A DNA stretch of 64,000 nucleotides. It comes from Verrucomicrobiia bacterium (GTDB lineage: Bacteria > Verrucomicrobiota > Verrucomicrobiia > JADLBR01). The stretch spans positions 8,426-72,425 of the forward strand of contig JAPKHT010000008.1 of NCBI GenBank assembly GCA_026646655.1. The letters run 5' to 3'. How positions within the stretch are numbered: the first letter of the stretch is position 1; each line of letters begins with the position of its first letter. The translations under genes were made by a program, and so were the position numbers. Under the pieces are notes generated by a model that was given only the letters and a program-made list of their open reading frames with translations, made no database searches and had not been told where the DNA came from. This document shows positions 19,838 through 29,216 of this stretch, in pieces.

Positions 19838-20075
19838 CGCACTCCCCCCGGCGCCGGCGGGTCCGCCTGTCGAAAGACCACGCTCACTCCCCCCACATGC
19901 CACGAACACCCGGCCGTTGCAAGATTGCCGTGGCGCGCCGCACCAGGGGGGCGGGGGCGGCGCCCCCCCCGGATGGTCGGGACCGCGCTTGACGGGGGTC
20001 CTGACGGATTCATGATGCCCATAAGAGAATCTGGTTTGGCAAAAGGGCCCTTCCGGACAGCTCTGTGGAGGCACC

Positions 20076-21818
20076 GTGGCCAAGTCGAAAGTCGAGGAGA
20101 TCAAGGAACAGAGCCGGCAGTTGCGCGGCACGATCGCGGAGACGCTCGCGGGCGAGGCGACGCATTTTTCCGAGGAGGACTACCAGCTGCTGAAGTTCCA
20201 CGGGAGCTACCAGCAGGATGACCGGGACCTGCGCGCGGACCGCAAGAGGCAGGGCCTGGACAAGGCGTGGATGATGATGGTGCGCTGCAAGAGTCCGGGC
20301 GGCGACATGACCGCGGAGCAGTGGCTGGCGCACGACCGGATCGCGGACGAGCTGGCCAATGGCACCCTGCGCCTCACCAGCCGTCAGGGCGTCCAGTTCC
20401 ACGGCGTGCTCAAGGGCAACCTCAAGGAGGTCATCGCGCGGATCAACCGCTCCGGCCTGACGACGCTGGGGGCATGCGGCGATGTCGTGCGCAACACCAT
20501 GGCCCCCGCAACGCCCCTCAAGACGCCGGCGCACATCGCCTGCCAGTTGCTGGCGCGCGAGATCAGCCGCGAGTTCTTGCCCAAGACCACCGCGTATCCC
20601 GAGATCTGGCTCGACGGAGAGAAGCTGAACTTCGAGCCCGGCAAGGAGGTCGAGGAGCCGGTCTACGGGAAGCACTACCTGCCGCGGAAGTTCAAGATCG
20701 GCATGGCGGTGCCGCCGCGCAACGACTGCGACATCTACACGCAGGACGTCGGGTTGGTGTGCCACGCCACGGCCGACGCGGTCGAGGGATTCACGGTCCT
20801 GGTCGGGGGAGGCTTCGGCATGTCGCACGGCCAGGCGCTAACGTACCCCGTGCTGGCGAGGCCCCTCTTCTTCGTCAAACCCGAGCACGTGATCGAGGCC
20901 GTGCTCGCCATCATCGCCGCGCAGCGCGACCACGGGAACCGCGAGGACCGCAAGCAGGCCCGCCTCAAGTACGTCATCGAGAAACACGGGATCGACTGGT
21001 TCCGCAAGGAGGTGCTGGCCCGCATGAAGGCGCCGACCGCGCCGGCGCGGGAGGTGCGGTTCGACACCGTGGGCGACATGCTCGGCTGGCACGAGCAGGG
21101 CGACGGCAGGCTGTTCTGCGGCGTCCACGTCGAGCACGGGCGCGTCAAGGATGGCGAGGTCGCCCGATACCGATCGGCGTTCCGCGCCATCGCGCAGAAG
21201 ATCGGGTGCCCCCTCCGCATCACGCCGAATTCGCGGATCCTGTTCTACGACATCGACCCCTCGCGGCGCGCCGAGGTCGACGCGATACTCGCGGGGCATG
21301 GCGTGCCCCTGCCGTCCGGCATGACCGAGGCGCGCAAGACCTCGCACGCCTGCGTCTCGCTGCCCACCTGCGGCCTCGGTCTCGCCGAGAGCGAGCGCGT
21401 CTTCGGCTCCGTCATGGACAAGATCGACGCCGTGCTCCGCGATCTGAAATTGGACGGGGAACCCCTCCTGATCCGCATGACGGGCTGCCCCAACGGCTGC
21501 TCCCGGCCCTACAACGCCGACCTCTCCTTCGTGGGCCGCGCGCCCGGCAAGTACGCCTTCTACGCGGGCGGCTCGCACCGCGGCGATCGGCTCGCCGGCC
21601 TAGAAAAGAAGGTCGTCACCGAGGAGGAGATCCCGTCCGTCGTGCGCGGGTACCTCGAGGAGTTCGTCAGGGGGCGCAAGGCCGGCGAGTCCTTCACGGA
21701 CTTCTGGGGCCGCACCCGCGGCAGCGGGGCCGCGCCGCACCCGTCCCAGTTCCACGAGGAGTTCGCCGAGCGCGCCGCCAAGGGCCCCGGCAAGGGCTGC
21801 TCCGGGGCGGAGGGCTGA
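20076..21818 (+). CDS. cysI: Sulfite reductase hemoprotein beta-component (assimilatory; siroheme-4Fe4S, NiR/SiR family)
   Basis: Recalled from memory, it is colinear with E. coli CysI (LRGTIAE ... FHGxYQQDDRD ... TNRQxxQFHG) and carries the C-terminal cluster motif MTGCPNGCSRPY. A GTG start at 20076 is assumed; no in-frame ATG lies near the N-terminus. Confidence 0.8.
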   Translation: MAKSKVEEIKEQSRQLRGTIAETLAGEATHFSEEDYQLLKFHGSYQQDDRDLRADRKRQGLDKAWMMMVRCKSPGGDMTAEQWLAHDRIADELANGTLRLTSRQGVQFHGVLKGNLKEVIARINRSGLTTLGACGDVVRNTMAPATPLKTPAHIACQLLAREISREFLPKTTAYPEIWLDGEKLNFEPGKEVEEPVYGKHYLPRKFKIGMAVPPRNDCDIYTQDVGLVCHATADAVEGFTVLVGGGFGMSHGQALTYPVLARPLFFVKPEHVIEAVLAIIAAQRDHGNREDRKQARLKYVIEKHGIDWFRKEVLARMKAPTAPAREVRFDTVGDMLGWHEQGDGRLFCGVHVEHGRVKDGEVARYRSAFRAIAQKIGCPLRITPNSRILFYDIDPSRRAEVDAILAGHGVPLPSGMTEARKTSHACVSLPTCGLGLAESERVFGSVMDKIDAVLRDLKLDGEPLLIRMTGCPNGCSRPYNADLSFVGRAPGKYAFYAGGSHRGDRLAGLEKKVVTEEEIPSVVRGYLEEFVRGRKAGESFTDFWGRTRGSGAAPHPSQFHEEFAERAAKGPGKGCSGAEG

Positions 21819-21895
21819 CCCGAGAATTGCCGCAGCGCTTCCCGTGGCCGAACGCGTGAGCGTTTGGCCCAAGCCTCGCGGGCTACGCCGACGCG
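21816..21895. repeat. REP-like intergenic repeat, copy 2
   Basis: Sequence TGACCCGAGAATTGCCGCAGCGCTTCCCGTGGCCGAACGCGTGAGCGTTTGGCCCAAGCCTCGCGGGCTACGCC. It follows the cysI stop directly. Confidence 0.5.
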
Positions 21896-21907
21896 ACTGA
21901 CCTGCAT

Positions 21908-21974
21908 CGGGCGGTCTTGCTTTGCGCCAGCCCGGCGGACTTGGCAAAGTCCGACGGGCTGGTAGGAGTTGAAG
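21908..21974 (+). promoter_or_regulatory. Second copy of the conserved upstream block, ending 12 nt before the CN-hydrolase ATG, with the palindrome GGACTT-GGCA-AAGTCC
   Basis: gcggtcttgctttgcgccagcccggcGGACTTGGCAAAGTCCGACGGGCTGG, then taggagttgaagATG. Confidence 0.4.
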
Positions 21975-22880
21975 ATGCCGCGAAAGAAGAACCCACGTGA
22001 CGGGAAGTTCTCCATCGGGGTGATCCAGATGGCGCTGTCGGCGAGGCCCTCCGAGAACATGAAGGCCGCCGCCGCGCGCGTCGCGCGGGCCGCGCGCTCC
22101 GGCGCGCAGGTCATCTGCCTGCCCGAACTGTACCGGTCGCAATACTTCTGCCAGCGGGAGGACGCGGCGCTCTTCGACCTCGCCGAGCCGGCCCACGGCC
22201 CATCCTTCAAACTCTTCTCCGGCGTCGCGCGCAAGCACCGCGTGGCCCTCGTCGTGCCCTTCTTCGAGCGCCGCGCGGCAGGCCTGTACCACAACAGCGC
22301 CCTGGTCATCGATGCCGATGGCTCGCTCGCCGGACTCTACCGCAAGATGCACATCCCCGACGACCCGGCCTATTACGAGAAATTCTATTTCACGCCCGGC
22401 GATCTCGGTTTCCGCGCATTCGACACGCGATTTGGCCGCATTGGCGTGCTGATCTGCTGGGACCAGTGGTACCCCGAGGCCGCCCGTCTCACCGCGCTCC
22501 AGGGCCCCTCGGTCCTCTTCTATCCCACCGCCATCGGCTGGCACCCCGAGGAGAAGAAACGGCTCGGCGAACGCCAGCGCGATGCCTGGTTCACCGTGCA
22601 GCGCGGCCACGCCATCGCCAACGGCACCTACGTCGCCGCCGCCAACCGCACCGGCCTGGAGCGGCCCGTGAAAGGCCAGGACGGCATCGAGTTCTGGGGC
22701 ACCTCCTTCATCGCCGACCCGCAGGGTGCCGTCGTGGCCAAGGCCGGCACCGCATCCGAGGAGACGCTCATCGCCGAGGTCGACCCGGCCCACCTGGAGG
22801 ACATCCGCCGCAACTGGCCCTTCCTCCGCGACCGCCGCATCGACGCCTACGGCGATATCACCCGCCGCATGATCGATTGA
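21975..22880 (+). CDS. Carbon-nitrogen hydrolase, N-carbamoylputrescine amidase-like
   Basis: Nitrilase-superfamily catalytic triad context (E ... K ... GVLICWDQWYPEAAR with the Cys nucleophile) and a length of ~300 aa typical of AguB-like amidases. The ATG at 21975 is preceded by an AGGAG SD. The TTG at 21969 given in the ORF track is less likely. Confidence 0.7.
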   Translation: MPRKKNPRDGKFSIGVIQMALSARPSENMKAAAARVARAARSGAQVICLPELYRSQYFCQREDAALFDLAEPAHGPSFKLFSGVARKHRVALVVPFFERRAAGLYHNSALVIDADGSLAGLYRKMHIPDDPAYYEKFYFTPGDLGFRAFDTRFGRIGVLICWDQWYPEAARLTALQGPSVLFYPTAIGWHPEEKKRLGERQRDAWFTVQRGHAIANGTYVAAANRTGLERPVKGQDGIEFWGTSFIADPQGAVVAKAGTASEETLIAEVDPAHLEDIRRNWPFLRDRRIDAYGDITRRMID

Positions 22881-22883
22881 CCA

Positions 22884-22912
22884 GGAATCTGTCGGACTGC
22901 GTCCGCCAGATT
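22884..22912 (+). terminator. Hairpin immediately after the CN-hydrolase stop (ggaatctgtcggac-tgc-gtccgccagattcc)
   Basis: A 14-bp stem with one mismatch starts 4 nt after the stop codon. There is no T tract, which is common in high-GC genomes. A second hairpin (ctcgcgc-tgg-cgcgcgag) follows. Confidence 0.35.
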
Positions 22913-23126
22913 CCTCGCTCGCGCTGGCGCGCGAGGAGGCGCGACCTGCGAGTTCTGCCACAACATCGCTCGCGACCCCGTGCACGCCCACGACTGCCAC
23001 CCACGCTGCTCCACGTGCCGCCGTCGACCGCGAGCATCTGACCTTCCGCCACCAGGTACGCCGCTTCCGCCTCACCGATGTCCGCGGGAAGGTCGCAAGG
23101 CCGATCATCGCTTGACCCTGAGAACC

Positions 23127-23834
23127 CTATCCGCCGATCCGCCAAGATCCATGAACAATGCACAGCTCTTTGCGAAGATTCGAGATCGTTACCTTCGCAT
23201 CGGACCTGTCCAACTTCAACCGAAAGTCCGGTGGCGTCTTTCCCACAGGGATGTCGACGGTGGGACCATCTGCGCGGAAGAACCGCTGAGGGACATCCAA
23301 GATCGGCTCGAACAGCGTTCCGGGAACTTCCACAAGCTCGTAGACGGACGTCTTGGCGAAATAGCGCAGTTGGAAGATCCCGTCGACCTCCGTCGTGTAT
23401 CGGCGAAAGAGTTCGATTGTAAGCTGTTGGCGTCTCCGCGCGGTGCGGCAGTCCTGGATCCAGGCCGCCTCCGTGAGCTTGCTGATGTGAAGGATCGAGT
23501 CCCGCATCGATTGAGCCTTCGACGACTTGAGGCTCAGGCGTTTTCCATGGACGGAAATGTCCCAAAACCGTTGTCCTTTCGGCGCGACCTCAATTGCGAG
23601 ACCCGCCTGTCGGCAAGAGGCCTCGAACGCGGCCTCGAATCCCTCCTGGAACAGGGGATTCCCCATGAACACGTGCTGGGCAAGAAGACGCGAACGAAAC
23701 TCATCAGCAAACGCCCGATCGACAAGATCAGATTCGGGATTGATCTCTTCTCGGCAAGGAGTCCTTAGGGCAGCGACAAGCTCTGCGACGCGGCGCCCCT
23801 CGGCTTGGTTAAGCGGCGGATCGAAGGTTTGCAT
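23127..23834 (-). CDS. Putative type II restriction endonuclease, partner of the adjacent C5-cytosine methyltransferase; family not recognised
   Basis: A 235-aa ORF is co-directional with the MTase, lies immediately downstream of it, and overlaps its 3' end by 26 nt. It sits in the same lower-GC island and has no recognisable housekeeping homology. The call is by gene context. Confidence 0.45.
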   Translation of the reverse strand: MQTFDPPLNQAEGRRVAELVAALRTPCREEINPESDLVDRAFADEFRSRLLAQHVFMGNPLFQEGFEAAFEASCRQAGLAIEVAPKGQRFWDISVHGKRLSLKSSKAQSMRDSILHISKLTEAAWIQDCRTARRRQQLTIELFRRYTTEVDGIFQLRYFAKTSVYELVEVPGTLFEPILDVPQRFFRADGPTVDIPVGKTPPDFRLKLDRSDAKVTISNLRKELCIVHGSWRIGG

Positions 23835-25020
23835 GGAAAAGTGACGGTTGCGCCGACCGGATGATGTCTGACTTTCGCAAGTGGGTCTGCGGCAGAATCA
23901 CGCTTGCGATTTCAGGCCGTTTGCCGGTCAGAATCCAGTGGCAAACGTGGGCCAATTGGAACGCGACGAGAGGCGGCACGGCGTCGCCGATGTGCCGATA
24001 CATATTCGAGATTGCCGTGCCATAGAACTCGAAATCGTTTGGGAATCCTTGCAGCGCGGCCATCTCGCGGACCGTGCAGAGACGATTCTCCTGGGGGTGC
24101 GCGTACCTCCCGTTACCAATGTGCGCGCACTCACGCTTGATGGTGGGCGCCGGCTTGTTCCACGCCATTCGACCATATACATCGGGGTGGGAGCCGAACT
24201 TGCGCGCCGCCGCCCGCCTCTTCATGGCATCAGTCAGAAGCGACCCCGAGTCCGGGCGCGCCAGCAGGTCCATCCATGATCCGCCGTCCTTGGGTACGGA
24301 GGCCAAGCGGCGCTCCACTTCGGGATCTGCAAAACGAGGATACAGATCGCTCCCCGAGGAGCGTGCGTCAATCGAAGAGAACGCACGACGGACGGTGATG
24401 GCCTCTGGCCTGATCGCCCACCCGTCCCAGAGTGCGTCTAGGGTGAACAACGGCAGATTGGACCTTGCCGCGATCACGATGGCCCGCTCCCGCTGCTGCG
24501 GCAAACCGAAGGCCGAAAGCATGTAATTCCGGCCAACGACATTGTAGCCATTCTGTTCGAGGAATTCCCTGAACCAGACGAAGTGGTGGTGGAAGTTCCC
24601 GCGGATGAGCTCGCGGGCGTTCTCCATCACCACGATTTCGGCGTTGAGCGCAACCGCGAATTGAGCCGACTTACGAACAAGGCTGTTGCGCTTATCGTCT
24701 CGCAAGTGGTTCATCGGGTTTGTCCGACTGAAACCGGTGCAGGGCGGACACACCGTGAGAACGTGAATGGGAAGGCCCGGTGGTATGCCTAGCGCCTCGC
24801 CTAGGTCTTCCGGGGCGATCCGGGAAAGGTCGATGGCCGTCGGCTCGATGCCGAGATTTCTCTGGAACGTCGTGTTGCATTGGAGCGTGCCCACGCCAAC
24901 GCTGGGCTTTCCAATTTCGGCGTCTGCGGCCGCGACGATCTCGAACGCCGAATGGCTCTGGAAACCGAAGCTCATCCCGCCCGCTCCAGAAAAGAGATCC
25001 GCGAAGCGGAATGGGGGCAT
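23809..25020 (-). CDS. DNA (cytosine-5)-methyltransferase (type II modification methylase)
   Basis: Motif I FADLFSGAGGMSFGF, motif IV CPPCTGFS (catalytic Cys), motif VI ENAREL (ENV), motif VIII QQRER, motif X-like IGDAVPPLV. The ATG at 25018-25020 (MPPFRFADLF) is preferred over the Arg-rich extension to 25155. Confidence 0.85.
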   Translation of the reverse strand: MPPFRFADLFSGAGGMSFGFQSHSAFEIVAAADAEIGKPSVGVGTLQCNTTFQRNLGIEPTAIDLSRIAPEDLGEALGIPPGLPIHVLTVCPPCTGFSRTNPMNHLRDDKRNSLVRKSAQFAVALNAEIVVMENARELIRGNFHHHFVWFREFLEQNGYNVVGRNYMLSAFGLPQQRERAIVIAARSNLPLFTLDALWDGWAIRPEAITVRRAFSSIDARSSGSDLYPRFADPEVERRLASVPKDGGSWMDLLARPDSGSLLTDAMKRRAAARKFGSHPDVYGRMAWNKPAPTIKRECAHIGNGRYAHPQENRLCTVREMAALQGFPNDFEFYGTAISNMYRHIGDAVPPLVAFQLAHVCHWILTGKRPEIASVILPQTHLRKSDIIRSAQPSLFHANLRSAA

Positions 25021-25270
25021 CTTGCCGTTCGGGGCCACACTGAACTCCGGGTGACTCTCGCGAAGGTCCCCGGTGGTCTTGCCGTGAGATCGCCTTTGGT
25101 TTCCGGGTCGACTCTTTGGCGTGTTTGGGCCTCGCGGATGTCGCCGTCTCCTCACGGCCTCCCCCTATCGCAACGCTCATCAACGAACTCGAAGGATTTC
25201 ATGGCGTTTCCGAATCGATGCTATCATAAGCAGCGAGTGGCGCGAGCGGATTGTTGATGGGGGCGCAGGC

Positions 25271-26749
25271 TCACCGCAGCCGCGCCACGATCGCCGCCAC
25301 GCGTTCGGTGACTTCCTTGGGCATGGAGAGTTCCCTGGGCCAGCCGCGGCGGTAGCCCTCGCCGGGGAGTTTCGTGGTGGCGTCGATGCCCATGTGGGAG
25401 CCGATGTTGGGCTCGGTGGGGGCGTGGTCGAGGCTGTCGCAGGGCCCCTTCGTGAAGATCGTGTCGCGCTCGGGGTCGACGTTCGCGCACAGGTGGAAGA
25501 GGACGTCGGACGTGTCGTGGACATTCACGTGGGCGTCGACGGCCACGATGATCTTGGAGAACATCATCTGCCCCATGCCCCAGAGGCCGTGCATGATCTT
25601 GAAGGCCTGGTAGGGGTACTGCTTCTTGATGCTGACGAAGACGAGGTTGTGGAAGACGCCCTCGGCGGGCAGCGCGATATCCACGATCTCGGGGAAATTC
25701 ATGCGGAAGACCGGCATGAAGATGCGGACCGACGCGGTGCCCAGATAGAAGTCCTCCATCGGGGGCTTGCCGACGATCGTGGCGGGATAGACGGCGTCGC
25801 GGCGGTGGGTGATGGCGGTGACGTGGAAGACGGGATACTTATCCACGGGCGTGTAGAAGCCGGTGTGGTCGCCGAAGGGCCCCTCGTCGCGGGGGGGCTC
25901 GGCGGGATCGACGTAGCCCTCGATCACGAAATCGGAGTCGGCGGGCACCTCGAGGTCGCAGGTCTCGCACCGCACGAGGGCGGGGGACTTGCGGCGCAGG
26001 AATCCGGCCAGGAGAATCTCGTCGAGGCCATCGGGCATGGGCGCGGTGGCGGCGAATGTGTAGATCGGGTCGCCGCCGAGGCAGACGGCCACGGGCATCC
26101 GCTCGCCGCGCTCATAGTATCGCCGCCCGTGGCGGGCGCCGACCTTGTGGAGCTGCCAGTGCATGCCGGTCGTGGTCCCGTCGAAGACCTGCATGCGGTA
26201 CATGCCGATGTTGCGCTCGCCGGTGTCGGGGTCGCGCGTGTGCACGTTGGGCAGCGTGATGAATGGCCCGCCGTCCTCGGGCCAGCACTTCAGCACGGGC
26301 AACCCCGACAGGTCGAGGCCGCCGCCCGCGCCATCCATCCGGCGGATGACCTCCTTGCACGGGCCGGTGCCGGCGCGCGTGGGCCGGGCGTGCACCACGC
26401 CGAAGCCTCGCCTGAGCAATTCCCATCCCTCCGCCAGCGAGCGCGGCGGCTTGGCCTTGAGCAAGAACGCCATCTCGTCGGCGACCTCGTCGGGCGTCCG
26501 CCCGCCCAGCACGCGCCGCATGCGCTCCGCCGAGCCAAACAGGTTGATGCCCACGGGGAAGTTTGAGCGGTCCCCCCGGGGCAGGGTCGCGTTCTCGAAG
26601 AGGAGCGCCCTTCCCCCGCCCGGCGATTTCATGGCCGCGTCGGCGACCGCCGTGACCTCGAGCTCGCAGGAGACCGCCTCCCGCACGCGCAGCAGTTCGC
26701 CGGCGCGGTCCAGTTCGTCGACAAAGGCGCGGATTCCGTCGAAGGCCAC
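25271..26749 (-). CDS. ubiD: UbiD-family decarboxylase (4-hydroxy-3-polyprenylbenzoate decarboxylase-like, prenyl-FMN dependent)
   Basis: Recalled from memory, it is colinear with E. coli UbiD (ALLFEN ... LFG ... CWPEDGGPFITL ... GDHTGFY ... PVFHVTAITHR ... GIDAT). The start is assigned to the GTG at 26747-26749 (VAFDGIRAFVDELDRAGEL), giving ~492 aa. The ORF-track upstream extension is Arg/Pro-rich. Confidence 0.8.
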   Translation of the reverse strand: MAFDGIRAFVDELDRAGELLRVREAVSCELEVTAVADAAMKSPGGGRALLFENATLPRGDRSNFPVGINLFGSAERMRRVLGGRTPDEVADEMAFLLKAKPPRSLAEGWELLRRGFGVVHARPTRAGTGPCKEVIRRMDGAGGGLDLSGLPVLKCWPEDGGPFITLPNVHTRDPDTGERNIGMYRMQVFDGTTTGMHWQLHKVGARHGRRYYERGERMPVAVCLGGDPIYTFAATAPMPDGLDEILLAGFLRRKSPALVRCETCDLEVPADSDFVIEGYVDPAEPPRDEGPFGDHTGFYTPVDKYPVFHVTAITHRRDAVYPATIVGKPPMEDFYLGTASVRIFMPVFRMNFPEIVDIALPAEGVFHNLVFVSIKKQYPYQAFKIMHGLWGMGQMMFSKIIVAVDAHVNVHDTSDVLFHLCANVDPERDTIFTKGPCDSLDHAPTEPNIGSHMGIDATTKLPGEGYRRGWPRELSMPKEVTERVAAIVARLR

Positions 26750-26781
26750 GGCGGCAAGGGTCGATCGCGACCCGCCCCGTG

Positions 26782-28170
26782 TCAAGAGGCGGACGGCTCG
26801 AGATAGAACTTCGGGTAGGGTCCCCCGTGGGCGGCCCGCCCGATGAGGAGGCACAGCTCGCGGAAGTGGTAGTCGCCCCACATGGACGATTCGCCGCAGG
26901 GGACGCGGTGGCCCGTCGGGAGCGCGTCCCAGGCCTTGGGGCGGAAGCACACCGAGTGCAGCAGGAGGCCCTGGTGATCGGGCGAGGTGCTCAGGTAGGG
27001 CTTGTCCAGCAGCGTGTCCGCGACCGTCAGGCCCGCGTGGTAATACCGCCGCCCGCCCTCGTGGTCATTGCGCGACATCAGGTAGTGCCCCAGGCGCAGC
27101 AGCGCCTGGGCCGCGATCGCCGCCGCCGAGCTGTCCACCGGCTCGTGCTCGTTGAACGGGTCGGCGGGCCGGGAGAGGTAATCCCCCATGCGCGCCAGCC
27201 CCGGCGCGCCCGTGTCCCAGTAGGGCACCCCGTCGAGCGCCGAATGGAACAGGTAGAAATCGCTCGTCGCCTTGGCCGTGACCAGGAATTCCCGCGCCAC
27301 CTCGCGCTTGCCCCCGAACCCCGCGAGCTCGGCGTCGGGCAGCGACTCGATGAACTCGAGCAGCTCGGCGAACCCGAGCATGACCCATCCCAGGCCGCGC
27401 GTCCACGTGGAGAACGGAGAGTAACCCTGCTGCGTGCTGGGGCAGCGGTACCTCCCATCCTTCGTGTTGAATATCGACTCGTGGGCGACCCTCCCCCGCA
27501 CGTCGTACAGGTCGCGGCCCTCCCCGAAATACACGTTGTGGCGCGCGGTGTTGCGCGCGTGCTGGAGCAGCCGCTCCAGGAGCGAGATCGACACGTCGCC
27601 CTCGGTGAGCAGCCGCTGGCCCAGCTGGTGCGCCAGCGCCAGCGCCCGGCACGAGCGGATCGTGTCGGCGAACAGCGAGTGGGGGCCGTTGAGCGAGTGG
27701 ATGAAGCCCGTGCCGTCCGACACCGTCGACCAGCGCGAGGCCTGCACCGCCCCCGAGACCCGCATCGCCAGCTCGTAGAAACGCCGCTCCCATGGCGCCT
27801 CCGGCACCCGGCCCTCGCCCATCAGCCTCAGGAGGGTGCCGAACGTGCTCACGTTGTTGAAGCCGTGGTCGTCGGCCCCGAGGTGCGTCAGGTGGGACAG
27901 CATCCGCTCCAGCGTCCGCGATCGCCCCAGCTCGAGGAATCGCGCGTCGCCCGTCGCGTCGAACTGCAGCAGCGCCGAGCCATACTGGAATCCGCGGGTC
28001 CAGTCCGCCCACTCGCGCGGCACGAAGCGCCCGCGCTCCGTGAAGACCGGGGGTCCCTTCGAGTGATCGTACAGGCTCTCGATCTCCAGGATCTTCTCCT
28101 CGGACAACTCCCAGAGCCGATCGATCTTCTTGCGCAGCGCCCCCGGGTTGAGTTGGTAGTTGATCCTCAT
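26782..28170 (-). CDS. Six-hairpin glycosidase-like protein (GH88/GH105-type unsaturated glycuronyl hydrolase-like)
   Basis: A 462-aa soluble protein with (alpha/alpha)6-type sequence features. The family assignment rests on general resemblance only. Confidence 0.45.
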   Translation of the reverse strand: MRINYQLNPGALRKKIDRLWELSEEKILEIESLYDHSKGPPVFTERGRFVPREWADWTRGFQYGSALLQFDATGDARFLELGRSRTLERMLSHLTHLGADDHGFNNVSTFGTLLRLMGEGRVPEAPWERRFYELAMRVSGAVQASRWSTVSDGTGFIHSLNGPHSLFADTIRSCRALALAHQLGQRLLTEGDVSISLLERLLQHARNTARHNVYFGEGRDLYDVRGRVAHESIFNTKDGRYRCPSTQQGYSPFSTWTRGLGWVMLGFAELLEFIESLPDAELAGFGGKREVAREFLVTAKATSDFYLFHSALDGVPYWDTGAPGLARMGDYLSRPADPFNEHEPVDSSAAAIAAQALLRLGHYLMSRNDHEGGRRYYHAGLTVADTLLDKPYLSTSPDHQGLLLHSVCFRPKAWDALPTGHRVPCGESSMWGDYHFRELCLLIGRAAHGGPYPKFYLEPSAS

Positions 28171-28225
28171 GAGCGCCGCAGCCTAGCAGGAGGCGGGGCC
28201 GCCGTCCATCCCGGGCGCGACGCCA

Positions 28226-29041
28226 TCACTCCGGAAGTGCCACGACCTCGATGCCCTTGATCGGGGCCGTCAGGAAACGCCGGGCCACCCTCTCGAATTG
28301 CGCGGGCCGGTCGGTCAGGTAGATGTCGATGCCGCACCCGCCGCCGGGGGGCGCGGCCAACCCGAGGGCACCGAGCCGCCCGGCCACGTGCGCGGCGCAC
28401 GTGGTCGCCGAATCCACCAGCGCGACCCCCTCGCCGGCGACCTCGCGCAGCGCGGGCTTGAGCAGCGGATAGTGAGTGCACGCGAGCACCAGCGTGTCGA
28501 TGTCTTCCCGGAGCATGGGGCCCAGGTATTCCGCCAGCACCTGTCGGGTCACCGGATGCTCCAGCCATCCCTCTTCTACCAGCGGCACCAGCAGCGGGGT
28601 GGCGCGGGGCACGATATGCGCGCCGGGCCGCCGGGCCGCGATGGCGCGCTGGTAGGCCTCGCTGCCGATCGTCCCGGCGGTCCCGATGAGCCCGATCCTC
28701 CCGTTGCGCGTGCGGCCCAGCGCCGCCTCGACGCCCGGCTCCAGCACCCCGATCACGGGCACCTCTAGCGCGGCCTCGAGCGTCGGCAGGGCGAACGCCG
28801 TGGCCGTGTTGCACGCCACCACGACGGCCTTCACGCCGCGACCCAAGAGGAACGCGGCATCCTGCCTCGCGAAACGGGCGACGGTCTCCGGCGACTTGTT
28901 GCCGTAGGGCACGCGCGCGGTGTCCCCCAGATACACGATCCGCTCGTCGGGCAGCAGTTCCGCGATGGCCTGCACCACGGTCAGGCCCCCGATGCCCGAA
29001 TCAAAAACTCCGAGTGGGGCCTCCGCCCGTTGCGCGCTCAT
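28226..29041 (-). CDS. murI: Glutamate racemase
   Basis: Motifs GVFDSGIGGLTV ... VVACNTATA ... CTHYP are diagnostic for MurI. The ATG is at 29039-29041. Confidence 0.85.
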   Translation of the reverse strand: MSAQRAEAPLGVFDSGIGGLTVVQAIAELLPDERIVYLGDTARVPYGNKSPETVARFARQDAAFLLGRGVKAVVVACNTATAFALPTLEAALEVPVIGVLEPGVEAALGRTRNGRIGLIGTAGTIGSEAYQRAIAARRPGAHIVPRATPLLVPLVEEGWLEHPVTRQVLAEYLGPMLREDIDTLVLACTHYPLLKPALREVAGEGVALVDSATTCAAHVAGRLGALGLAAPPGGGCGIDIYLTDRPAQFERVARRFLTAPIKGIEVVALPE

Positions 29042-29216
29042 GGGTCGTGGGAAAAACGAAAAATAACCTCCCGCATCCCGCGCTGTCACGCGCATTCAAT
29101 GCCTGGCGGCGACGGGCGTGACAGCGGGCGCTTGACGGGGCGTCGCTTCTCGTCTCTCATTGAACCCGCGTGTCGGGTGCAACCCCGGAGGGGACGGCCG
29201 TCGCGCGGCGGAGAGA

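Noticed and set aside
21600-23108. 502-aa minus-strand ORF overlapping cysI and the CN-hydrolase gene
   Set aside because: It is antisense to two well-supported genes and its translation is low-complexity.
22980-23768. 262-aa plus-strand ORF antisense to the putative restriction endonuclease
   Set aside because: Only one strand can code. The minus-strand ORF is co-directional with, and overlaps, the MTase 3' end (a typical M-R operon) and has better hydrophobic periodicity. This remains a residual uncertainty.
25021-25270. Search for a C-protein or vsr gene in the 250-nt gap upstream of the MTase
   Set aside because: No ORF of 60 aa or more with HTH-like or Vsr-like sequence was found. Only Arg-rich frames are present.
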